Assembly: GCF_001447785.1 (NCBI RefSeq)
Contig: NW_015170887.1
Location: 1,957,584-2,021,583, forward strand
Reading direction: 5' to 3'
From: Gekko japonicus
Lineage: Eukaryota
DNA length: 64,000 bases
Shown here: piece after piece, positions 38,601-49,100 of the stretch
How positions within the stretch are numbered: the stretch's first letter is position 1
Layout: each line of letters starts with the position of its first letter
Notes under the pieces: generated by a model
Told to the model about the DNA's origin: nothing
The model's input: the letters and a program-made list of their open reading frames with translations, nothing else
The model's database searches: none
Made by a program: the position numbers and the translations under genes

Positions 38601-41600
38601 CTCTCAGCCATGTTGTGAAACAAGAAGGAAATAACAGTATTTTAAAGGACTTCTCCTGAATGGGACTGACTTGCTTTCTTCCCAAGTAAACGTAATGTCT
38701 TGCGCATAGGGATACACACTGCTGGATTTTTATGTAAGTGCTGTTTGGAATCAGAGTTTCAGATCCACACTAAGCCAGTTGTGGAAAAGGAACTCTTCAT
38801 CCATGAAAAAGGGGTCATAGTGTGGAAGCAACTAGTGGAGTTGTTCTACCTCAATCCTACTTTGCATTACAGAAAGATGGCCAAATCAAGACTCAAGCCA
38901 TGAGAATGGTCTGTATAGTTTATAGACTACAACTGATAGTATCATTGATGGGAATTAAGGGAATCCCATTAACCTAGTAATTAGTAAAACCCATCTGAAC
39001 TCAAGACAAGAACCATCGAACAAGACAGTCTAGAAAACATGCAGACAAGCACTTTTCAAATATATCAGATAACACTCAATAGCAAAACGTTACCATCCCC
39101 AGTCAAAGCAATATTACAGGGATGGATACTGTTTTCAGAACATCTACTTTGTGGCTTGGGTCTAAGTTAAAAGAATCCAAATGGCCCAAGTTCAGGGCTC
39201 AGAAATGAGATATCAGTTCTCTTACCTTTTCCTTGACAGTCAAGAGCAGCTTAATAGGGTTACCACTCTCTGCTTGCTTCAACGAAGCCATCAGAACATC
39301 CACCCTCCATTCACCTTCCCACACCAAACACCTGCCCAGGCAAAAACACAGGTCACTGTTGACATTGCTCTGGGATAATTTCATTTTTACTTTGATAGCT
39401 GTTGATATAATAACAGAGATTTTATGGAGCATCTCAAAGAATACCCCAAAGGATCTCGATGGTAACAAGAGCAGAACATCCCGGGTGGGCCTCATAATAG
39501 ACAGTGCATAGTAAGTTACATAAGAACATAAGAGAAACCAATGTTGGATCAGGCCAATGGCCCATCCAGTCCAACACTCTGTCACACAGTGGGCAAAAAT
39601 ACCAGGTGCCATCAGGAGGTCCGACAGTGGAGCCAGGACACTAGAAGCCCTCCCACTGTTGCCGCCCTCCACCCAAGCACCCAAGAATACAGTGCATCAC
39701 TGCCCCAGACTGAGAGTTCCTATCTATACCTTGTGGCTAATAGCCACTGATGGACCTCTGCTCCATATATTTATCCAATTCCCTCTTGAAGCTGTCCATG
39801 CTTGTAGCTGCCACACCTCCTGTGGCAGTGAATTCCATGTTTTAATCACTCTTTGGATGAAGAAGTGCTTCCTTTTATCTGTTCTAACCCAACTGCTCAG
39901 CAATTTCATTGAGTGCCCACGAGTTCTTGTATTGTGAGAAAGGGAGAAAAGTACTTTTTTCTCTACCTGCTCTATCCTATGCATTATCCTGTAAACCTCA
40001 ATCATGTCAACCCTCAGTCCTCATTTCTCTAAGCTAAAGAGCCCCAAGCGCTTTAACTTTTCTTCATAGGGAAAGTGTTCCAACCCTTTTATCATTCAAG
40101 TTGCCCTCTCCTGCACTTTTTCCAGTGCTATAATATCCTTTTTGAGGTGTGGTGACCAGAACTGTACACAGTATTCCAAATGAGGTCGCGCCATCGATTT
40201 ATACAAGGGTATTATGACACTGGCTGATTTGTTTTCAATTCCCTTCCTAATAATCCCCAGCATAGCGTTGGCCTTTTTTATTGCAGTTGCACACTGTCTC
40301 AACATTTTCAGTGACTTATCTACTATGACTCTAAGATCTCTCTCTTGGTCAGTCTCCGCCAGTTCAGACCCCATCAACATGTATTTATAGTTAGGATTTT
40401 TGGCCCCAATGTGCATCACTTCATCACATCAGTTCATCCTTCAAGCCTGAATTCTACGGCAGACTGGGATGGTATCCATATGGAAGTAGGCTTGTGTGGT
40501 TTCCCCACTGTTGGTGTGGTGGCCAATACAGAGCAGCAACAAGACTTTAACATGGTAGGTTTTTCTGCAGTTAACCTGTCCCAGTCTCCCAACAGTAGCC
40601 ACCCCTCTCCCCAGGGCCACTGTAGTTGTTTTTTATTTTTAAAATGGTAATTAAATTACAGTTATAGCACTATAGCACATATCAATATGTGTAACAAGTT
40701 CTCTGAATTGTCAAGCTTTCTTTCTTTCTTTTTAACGGAAGTCTCTAGTGTCTTGCATTGTGGAGATATGCCTTTCCCCTTATATGCAATAGAAAAGGCT
40801 AGAGACTTACTTACAAAAAGAAAGCTGGGAATTCAGAGAGCCTGTTATACATATGTTATTATATAGATATAATGATGTTTAATTGGCAATTTTTTAAAAA
40901 ATGAAAACCTGGTGGGTGGAAGAAGAAGCTGCTACAAGGACAATGCCAGGGAAAATGGCTGCCAAATGAGTGGGAAAATCCAAACTTTCACACCCACATA
41001 GCAGCAATTCAAGCTTTACTGTGCTCTTTCCCAAAACTTCATAGCAAAGCAGGTTTAAGTAATATTGGGAAAAGGCTGAGGACACCCTAGAATGTGTGCA
41101 GATGCACCACAATGCTGTGGGGAAGCAGAGAAAAAACCCACTTTCCAGCAGTACTGACTGTGGGGCAGGTAACCCGTGTGGAAATGGCCGGGGTTAACAT
41201 ACTGGAAGGTCTTCGTTTAATTCCCTGCTGTCTTTATAATGTCAGTTTCTTAAAACTATCCTGTCACCGTAAATTTGGAAAGGATTTTACATGTTAAGAC
41301 AACCGTGACAGGCAGCATATTCCACTTGGCATCTAGAATCTACCTGGTTTCAGGCCCCAGTTTTCCAATCCTTTGTGGCTTAAGGTCCGGATTCACTAGT
41401 ATTTCCACAGTGATGCTCATCTTCTGAGAACAGCAGCTCCAGTCACCCAAACCAAAAATCACTAGCTGTTTCGGCAGCGGAAGTGGCAAGAGAATCTGGT
41501 AACATTTCTGACCGCATTTGCTTGGGCAAAAAAAGGGAAAGAAAACAGGGTCACCATATATCAAAAAGGATGGGGGCAGGGCAGAATTCCAGTTTTTTTT

Positions 41601-42210
41601 TCTTATCTTTAAGGCTTCTTTTGCTTGTAATCATGGTGTGCACCCACAGGAGAAAGTAGACGAAAATGTACAGGAAATTAGGAATCAGACTGAATCTCCT
41701 TGCCCTGCTACTTTCTGTTCACACTGAGGATTTTTTTGATGTAAACATTCAAAGGTAGAACCCACCACGTGCCATCTGAAGTGGCACAAGCCAGGCTTGC
41801 TTACCCAAAAGCTTCTTTTTAGTCACATTCGACAAGCCAAGATAGAGGGGGGAAAGCAACTACAAAGCGAAGACCAAACAGGCGACGCCTTATGATAGGA
41901 CTTACAATAAGGTTTCGCCGTTTAGTTACAACTTCTGCCGGCTTTCTTGCTCATTAAGGCCACAGAAATGGATCTGGCTACGTGAAGCCAACACTCGGAG
42001 GTCTCACCTGCTGAGCTGACGGGGCGGCTCCTGCAGAGACCAAAGAACGTAGAACTCGAGCTGAGCTCCCCCCTGGGCAAAGGCAACCCCTCGGGGCTTC
42101 TGGGTGGCTGCTGCAGCACCCTCCCGCCGCCAGAGGCCTCCGGGCGTCCAGCTCCATCGACGGTGCAGAGGCTGCGGGCCGTCTATAGTTAGGACGCTTG
42201 AAGAGAGCAT
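23383..42210 (-). CDS. Uncharacterised Kelch-repeat protein (~613 aa), 13 exons: 42210-42008, 41520-41344, 39331-39226, 37899-37789, 37122-36891, 33670-33647, 30083-29961, 29546-29359, 27089-26890, 25358-25267, 24341-24287, 23809-23712, 23615-23383
   Basis: All junctions GT-AG and phase-consistent, 1842 nt open; six R-x-x-H/GG blades (PRWCH..MGG, RGHTA..FGG, AYHSA..FGG, RLGHS..FGG, RSFHA..SGG, RAGHT..FGG); CpG island at exon 1; start codon less certain. Confidence 0.88.
23712..23809 (-). CDS. Kelch gene exon 12
   Basis: [32 protein letters not shown]. Confidence 0.9.
24287..24341 (-). CDS. Kelch gene exon 11
   Basis: [19 protein letters not shown]. Confidence 0.88.
24660..24815. mobile_element. 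Penelope-like inverted terminus with degenerate hammerhead cores
   Basis: CTGATGA...GAAA on + at 24776-24803; decayed mirror copy on - at 24737-24772. Confidence 0.6.
25267..25358 (-). CDS. Kelch gene exon 10
   Basis: [30 protein letters not shown]. Confidence 0.9.
26043..26083. other. Assembly gap (others at 43040-43143 and 62051-62121)
   Basis: Run of N. Confidence 0.99.
26890..27089 (-). CDS. Kelch gene exon 9
   Basis: [25 protein letters not shown]...[23 protein letters not shown]. Confidence 0.92.
27880..29316 (+). mobile_element. CR1 LINE, internally deleted ORF2 through the 3' tail
   Basis: [39 protein letters not shown] motifs; ttcttatgttc tail. Confidence 0.9.
29359..29546 (-). 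CDS. Kelch gene exon 8
   Basis: [63 protein letters not shown]. Confidence 0.92.
29961..30083 (-). CDS. Kelch gene exon 7
   Basis: [40 protein letters not shown]. Confidence 0.9.
30327..31691. mobile_element. Non-autonomous hAT element with an internal palindrome and a GC-rich ~225-bp tandem array
   Basis: Perfect 8-bp TSD CTCTTCAG; cagg...cctg ends; inverted arms ~30505-30580 / 30608-30690; about 3.5 tandem units in 30790-31570. Confidence 0.88.
32743..32894. repeat. Local tandem duplication, 2 copies of ~75-80 bp
   Basis: ctgccccag.gattcattataaaaaagg...gacaactggta.ccacagatttctc occurs twice. Confidence 0.85.
33647..33670 (-). CDS. Kelch gene exon 6 (24-nt microexon)
   Basis: gttctctccgcag|AT TTA GAA ATG AAA GAG TTG CAA G|gtgagc; symmetric phase 1. 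Confidence 0.65.
36891..37122 (-). CDS. Kelch gene exon 5 (linker)
   Basis: [20 protein letters not shown]...[20 protein letters not shown]; phase 0 to 1. Confidence 0.75.
37789..37899 (-). CDS. Kelch gene exon 4 (linker)
   Basis: [37 protein letters not shown]; ttag|...|gtatgt. Confidence 0.75.
39226..39331 (-). CDS. Kelch gene exon 3
   Basis: [36 protein letters not shown]. Confidence 0.85.
39518..40422 (-). mobile_element. CR1 LINE 3' portion
   Basis: ORFs 40096..40419 ([20 protein letters not shown]) and 39724..40005 (TRGHSMKL...WNSLP); tail ttatgttcttatgt. Confidence 0.92.
41344..41520 (-). CDS. Kelch gene exon 2
   Basis: [58 protein letters not shown]. Confidence 0.85.
42008..42210 (-). 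CDS. Kelch gene exon 1 (start uncertain)
   Basis: gccATG at 42210 in frame to ...[19 protein letters not shown]|GTGAGA; CpG island ~41870-42700. Confidence 0.75.
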
Positions 42211-43395
42211 GGCTGGCAAAAGAGACCTAATGGGACACTGGATTTTAACTGACGGAGGCCCCGGGAATTGGGGATGCGCCTGCCAATTAACTCGGGGCAA
42301 CCCGAACGCGGAAACCTCTTTGGCTGGAGAAAGGAGGCCTCCTTGACCGGCTAGCTTTGCTGTTTAATCTCAGATGAGTGCTAAGGGGGGAAGGCAGACA
42401 TTTTGTGCGTGCTCTGAGGTATTTGTTACCTCACATGGTTGGGCGCATTTACTTTTCGTGCTAATAAAATAGGCTTCTAACGCTTGCGTGCGAGAACCGG
42501 TGCACACTGAATCATTTTTTAAAGCGCCGGGTGTGATCCGTATCTGGAGAGGATAGTTTTACAGGAAGCGGAGAGAGAGAAGAAAGCGTACATCTCCTTA
42601 CTTGAGTTTCTGCGACAACTCCGGCGTAGATGCGTTGCATCCTCTAGGTCTGATACTCCACTAATTACCTAGAAACCTCTGAGTCGCACAGCGCTCAAAA
42701 GACAGGTTGTAACATACTTCTTGATGGACTGTCAATGCTAGCCTGTACATTTTTATTCAGAAGCTTGTTTGTTTTATAATTCTCACTTTGTTCAGTATGG
42801 TTTTCAGATAAGGGTGCCTAAGATGCTGCATTGGTATTTTCCGCTGCTTCCGCGACACTCTCCCTCTCTCCTAAAACGATGTCCACATCTCTTTAGATTT
42901 CACTCTCCTACTGCACTGTTAGAATTTCTGCTGTCTGCACTATTTTATTGCCCAATGGTTTCGGCTCCGTTGTAATTGTGGCTTCTCCCTGAGGCAACCT
43001 GATATGGTTAAAAGCCCTCTAAGCCCCCCCCCCCCCTAANNNNNNNNNNNNNNNNNNNNNNNNNNNNNNNNNNNNNNNNNNNNNNNNNNNNNNNNNNNNN
43101 NNNNNNNNNNNNNNNNNNNNNNNNNNNNNNNNNNNNNNNNNNNCTTCTGCAAAGTAAACACCCAGTCTTTACCGGTTTTTGGCTATTTTTGCTTTTTTGT
43201 TTGAATCAAAAGCTGGGCAAAACTGAAAGCTGAGAAAATCCTTCTCTTTGAATGTAAAGAGAAGTTTATGGCTTGTTGGCTTGTTGCCTTAAGTAATTTA
43301 TTGCCTTGTGTAAAGCTAATGGGTGCCTGCAAACACTAGAGAAGAGGGAGAACAAAAACATTCCCAGCCAGCAAGCAGAAATAAATAGCAGATTT

Positions 43396-43616
43396 TTTAT
43401 ACCAGTTTGAAACAAGTAGCGTACCTGTATAAAGAAAGACGGCATCAAGACTGCTTTAAAAATGAACATGCAAATTCAGCCTAAAGCTCCCAGTGCCTGT
43501 GCTGAAGCCAAGCAGTTATACCACTTTGAAACAAGTAGCATACCTGTATGAAGAAAGACGGCGTCCCAGTGCCTGTGCTGAAGCCAAGCTCCCACTGCCT
43601 GTGCTGAAGCCAAGCG
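43396..43616. repeat. Nested direct repeats: ~50 bp x2 and 25 bp x3
   Basis: ttatacca.tttgaaacaagtagc.tacctgtat.aagaaagacggc occurs twice; ccca.tgcctgtgctgaagccaagc occurs three times. Confidence 0.85.
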
Positions 43617-43799
43617 GTACTGGCTGAGATTACTGGCAAGAAGGCTAGGTTCCCCTATGCTCCTACCCCAAGCGCTTTAGCTTTTTCCCGGTGAAGGTGC
43701 TCCATCTCCACCCCAGTCATTTATGAGGGTTGTTTTTGAATGTTTCACAGTTATGATGCACTGTGGATCTATAGAAGGACAATACAGTATTGGCTATTT

Positions 43800-44640
43800 T
43801 ATTTTCAGGCCTCTTTCAAGTAATTTCTGTTTAGAATTTGGCTTTTTCATTGGTCTTCTGCAGTAAGTCAACATTTTCATTGAGCTACTCACCACAAGCC
43901 CAAGATTGCTGTTCAGTCACCATCAGTTTATATTTACTTAGGATTTTTTTAACCTCACACTACATTTACTCTGGGTTTCATTTGACAAGTTACCACCCCC
44001 ACCCAGTTGTGAAAAATATTGGGCCTCTTCACACTTCATTTTGCTTTCACCATTCTGAGTAATTTGGTGTCATTTGCAAACTTGGCTAGTTCACTACTAA
44101 GATCCTGATTGTTTATGAATATCAGTAACCCACCATTTACTTCCCTACATTATGAAATATGTCCCTTTTCTGCTTCCGGTTAACTTAATTACTGATTGAT
44201 GCACAAGAGGTCCCATCTTCTTATCTCAAGACGGTTTACTGAGGAGCAGGCCTTTGTCAAAAGTTTTTTTGAAAATCCAAGTATATAATGTCTGCCAGCT
44301 CACCCTTATCCATTTGCTTGTTAACACTTTCAATGAACTCCAAAGGGTGGGCTTCTTTTTGTAGAAGCCATGCCAGTTCTTCATCATTAAGGCTTGTTTC
44401 CCCTAATTTACCCAGAACAGCCAGCAGATTAACTGGTGTGCAGTTTCCTGGATTTCTTCTCCCTCCCCACTCTCTTTTTAGAAGTTGGTATTGTGTGTGT
44501 TACTTTCCAGGGAGGCATATTTAAATGACATTGCATATGATTTTCAAACTATTTTCTATTAAAGTTCCTTAAGAATCCTCAGGTGGATACCAGCCATTCA
44601 TGGTGTTAATTTTCAGTTTGTCAGTTAGTCTTAGAAGCTT
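43800..44640 (-). mobile_element. Old CR1 LINE fragment
   Basis: ttggtgtcatttgcaaactt (KFANDTK on minus strand); ctttgtcaaaagttttttgaaaatccaagtata (YLDFxKxFDK). Confidence 0.7.
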
Positions 44641-44933
44641 ATCTTGTCTTCTATATTCTGTGCACTGACTTTCTTTGTACATACAACTGAGTAACTCTTG
44701 CATTACATTCAGCATATGGACAGCTGAATATGCTATTTAAACTGCACATTTATTCAAATACCGGTCCCCCATTTTATTTTCATTGTTCTTTCTTAAATCA
44801 GCTCCATATACATTCACTATAATCATTTACACCCCACCTTTCCATTCCCATTTTATCCTGACTGGCCCAAAGTCACTAAGCAAGCTTCCATGGCACAGTG
44901 GGGATTCAAGTCTGGCTCTCCCAGATCCTAGAC

Positions 44934-45121
44934 CAGGGGTGGCCAAACTTGCTTAATGTAACAGCCACACAAAATAAACATCCGATGTTTGAGAGCCGCA
45001 AGACATGAACAAATATTACACAAATGTTTTTATTGGAAAATATGCAAATTTGCTTTTTATTAACATTAGACTGTGTGAAATAACCGCATGTGGCTTTTGA
45101 GCTGCAGTTTAGCCACCCCTG
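44934..45121. mobile_element. hAT Charlie-like MITE inserted into a SINE
   Basis: TIR caggggtggc.aaact; perfect TSD TCCTAGAC. Confidence 0.88.
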
Positions 45122-46007
45122 TCCTAGACCAACTCTAAGCACTACACCACACTGGCTAAGTAATATGCTCCAAAAATTCTCACACTTTGCATTAGCTGCC
45201 ATATAAAGAACAATCTTAAACAGGCTAAATAGGTTGGCTCGTTACTTATGGGGCTTACTCAGAAAAGTGTCCTTAGCGCTATAGCCTTATTATGCCAGAG
45301 CCTGTGTTCTTTCTTATTTTCCTTGTATGGGCAGGATTTTCACAAAGGAAGTCTTCTTGCCTTTTATAGCTTTTTTGGCATCCTCTTAGTTTTCAATACC
45401 ACCTATCTAAGCTTCAGTTATTATGACAGATGGAAAGTATCTATAGTAGCAGCAAGATTACCTATTGCAAATACTGGATATGATGATGCCAGCAACAGCA
45501 ATATAAGCATTGGTATAGTATGATCAAGAGGAGGGAGGTTATATACTCAGGCTTTCTGAAAAGGTGGAGGCCTTTTATTAATCACTAGAGTATGTTAAAA
45601 TTAGGGAAAAAAAGTTGAGATATTATATTTCTATGTCTTCGTGTTATAAAGAATGATATTTGAGTCCAGTGGCACCTTTAAGACCAACAAAGTTTTATTC
45701 ACAGTATAAGCTTTCATGTTAGACTTAATTAGACATTAGAATATGTTGTATGACTTTGTTGTAATGTTTTTGTTGTATGATTTAGATTTTGTAATAGTAA
45801 TACATTGTGTATTGAAATATCTTCCATGTATCCTGTAAAGATTTGAACCTTTTAGCGTCCTTCTGATTAGTCCCCTCATTGTTTTTAGTTCAGTCATCTT
45901 TCATTATAAAACCTGAATGCAATCAGAATCTCTGTCCTTTCCCCTCACACTAGTTCACTAGTTACAGCACCAAAAGACAGAAAAACCTGGACAGTGTGGT
46001 GAAAATA

Positions 46008-46013
46008 TTTATT
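46008..46013 (-). terminator. Probable TMED8 polyadenylation signal
   Basis: AATAAA on minus strand followed by a U/GU-rich stretch; marks the end of a ~6.8-kb repeat-poor region downstream of the TMED8 stop. Confidence 0.6.
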
Positions 46014-46040
46014 GCGATATTTTTAAAACACACACACACA

Positions 46041-46165
46041 ATCACAAAAAACAACTTCACACAAAAGTAAGACTGATTTCTAAAAGGTACACATTAGACT
46101 TCATCTAGTTATCACAAAAAACAACTTCACACAAAAGTAACAGACTGATTTCTAAAAGGTACACA
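46041..46165. repeat. Tandem duplication of ~54 bp, period 70
   Basis: atcacaaaaaacaacttcacacaaaagtaa(ca)gactgatttctaaaaggtacaca occurs twice. Confidence 0.9.
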
Positions 46166-49100
46166 GAACAAGTACCAGAACAAGTGATTCAGTGCTACAG
46201 CATAGATGAATACCCTCTCAGTTTAAGAGAAAAATTGCTTGGGAGGACACAAGCAGCAGATTTGTGCACATAAATTCTGATTTAGAAGAGATACCACCAA
46301 ACAGCCCACATGGATTCCCGGTGGAAGTCTTTATGAAGGATATGTTGTAGCCAAAGGCTGAACATGACAGTCTGTGCTTTTCCTCTCAGTCGCAATTCCC
46401 AAACTTCAGTACTACTACAAAGATCTCTTACAGCCCAGTTCTATGCATCCATATTCAGAAGTAGCTCCTGTTATGAAGCTTTCCTCCCTGGGCCTAGATT
46501 CAGCCCTCAGTTGCCATCCCAGTGTCAAGCCCCCAATATCATTAAACTTGAAATAGAACTACTAAGGCAATATCTGAATGGAGATACCAGCTAGTGTTTA
46601 AAAAGTAGGAGATAAACCTGTAGTTACACAGAAGTTCTCTTCAGACACAAGTGTTCATAGCAAAAACTCCAACTGTAATGGTGTTCCCAGTTAAAAACCT
46701 ACTTTTGTTTCCAAGACCACTCAACATCATTTATTTTTTAATAGAACTATTCTGGAAAAAGTATGGTGCAACTCAAAAGCCCACTTCCTGCACTTTGAAC
46801 ATTAATTGACCCAAAACATCTGATCACTTACCTACTACATGTTGGTTTGTTAAACACTGCCCTAAACCTGTAGCAGTTCAGCACATTCCTACAGCTCAGC
46901 CTTATCCATATTTATTGAGAAGCCAGCTCCAAGTTCAGTGAAGGATTGCATCTTTAAAATATTGGTGTATATCTTAACTTGAGATCATGCCAAGTTAATG
47001 GATTATTAGTTGAGCTGTTTCTTTGAATATTGTCATTGTTAAAGAAAATAACCTCCTTGATCCATAAGAAATGATAATCACATATTTTACAGATATCTTC
47101 AACACTATGCACTTGGTTATCTACTTCACTTTTCTTCAAGAGAACCAGTAAACTTCACCATGCTGAGTCTCTTCCAGACAGTTCGCTTGGCGTAAGTTAC
47201 TTTTATTCACAGGGCAGGGGGCCAGCATAGCACAGAATAAGTAAAGAAGGGCCACTCAAATGCACAGTGTGCTTGAAGGTCAGAAAGACTGGCCCACTGA
47301 TCTCCCAAAAGATCAACAGATGATGCAGGACAAATGAACTCTTAAATTTCATGGATTTGGATCTTGGTGCTGGGACAAAACACTGTATGATGACACTGTG
47401 AAACAAAACATATAGGAAAGTGTCAGGGGATGAGCTGGAACCTCAGTAGATCCTTCCCTCTGGGCCTTTCTTACTTAGGGAACCATGCCTTTCAAGAGTA
47501 CCAAGCTTGCTGCCTTGCTTTACCTCACCTGTCTGTAGTATTACAGCATCCTGCAGCTGACCTCCAGAGGATGCTGTTACCCAACGGGTGCTTTCAGAAT
47601 ATAAAGTGATCATAAAATGTATTTGTCCTATCTTTCAACAGAACATTAATGGAGCAATTGACCTGGTGCATCCATATGTAAAGGTGATGCTATCTGAACA
47701 ATATGCTTGCCAAGTGGTTCAGAATTTGTGTAAGTTTAAATGAAGGCTGCATCCAGTCTTTCAAAATCCTTTTCAAAGAATGTCATTGCATCTTCAGACC
47801 AAACACAGAACAGACTGAGAATGTCAAGATGGAGGAATGCCTTTTGTGATCAGGTTTTGATTCATGGAACATCTTGAATGTTTATCACTGAGTTAAGGGT
47901 ACTAGAAGTACCAAAGCAATTCACTTGGTCAAGCATTGTTCCTGCACTGTGTGAGCATACAGGATTTCCTTACTTTAACTTAAAGATGCAACTTAGCAAG
48001 CAATCCTTCAAAAGTTACTTCCTCAAGATATCTGCTGTGTTTGCTTCTTGTGATCTTACCAAACTGATACAATCAGCAGCATCAAGAAGCTGCACCCAAC
48101 TGATAACTGCCTCAATTAAAGGGCCTTCAGCTGAAGAGGTTCAGGCAAAGTGTAAGTACACTGATTTTGTGTGCAGTCTGATTAGCTACATTTATGTTTG
48201 TTATAGTTTTAGGGCCTGTAAGTCAGGTAGCAGGAATATGAGCTGAAGACAGAAGACCTTTCTGGAAAGTGCATTCTGTTACGCACAGCAGCTTTGATTC
48301 TCCTAAGTAGCCTGAATACAATAGTACAATCAGTTAGTGCCAATTTACCTCTCTAGCATGCTTTTCTAGCACAACAGAGAAAGATGCAATTGCAGAAACC
48401 TTGCCAAATGGCATGATTAACTCTGCTTGGGTTGTCTCTATAAAGCACATACATGTATTGAATATGATTTCTCCACTTACTTCAGAGGAGGGGGAGGTTG
48501 TACGAAGAAGGGAAAGAAGCAAATTAAGTAAGGGCAAACAACATTAGGCTACACGTTGGGGGTCAGATATGACTAGGCTTTGTATCCAGAAACTGCTACA
48601 CATTTTTCTCTATAATTCAATCCTGTTAATTCTGTACAGTACCTAATGAACATGGCTGAGGTAATGTTTCTTCACCTACATCATACACAACGTCAGCGTG
48701 GTTGAATTCTGCAATCACATTAAAATTGGCTTCAAACTACTGTTCCCACATACGTCTGAATCAAAGTCAAGTTTCTCCAGCTACCTGAAAGTGCTTTTCT
48801 GTCCCATTTTCAACAACGTAAAGGTAAAGCCAAACAAATTATTTTGTTCAATTTTACAAAAAAGTTTTGAACTTTCTAAGATGCTCTTGCATAATTCCTT
48901 AGGCTCAAAACAATAGACTACCAAGGATTTGGGTGTTATGATCTAAGAAATGTGCAGAAATCTGTTGCTCTCACATCCTCACAGGATAGAAAGAGAGCAG
49001 AACAGGGTCCTGAGTACTCCACTCCCATATAGGATGCTTCAGCTTCTTGAAGGAAGGAATGCCTGCGCGGCAGTTTGTCACTAGATGCAGTCATGAGCTA

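Noticed and set aside
43396-43616. CRISPR-like spaced repeats
   Set aside because: Eukaryotic context, irregular spacing, the spacers are themselves repeats, and there are no cas genes
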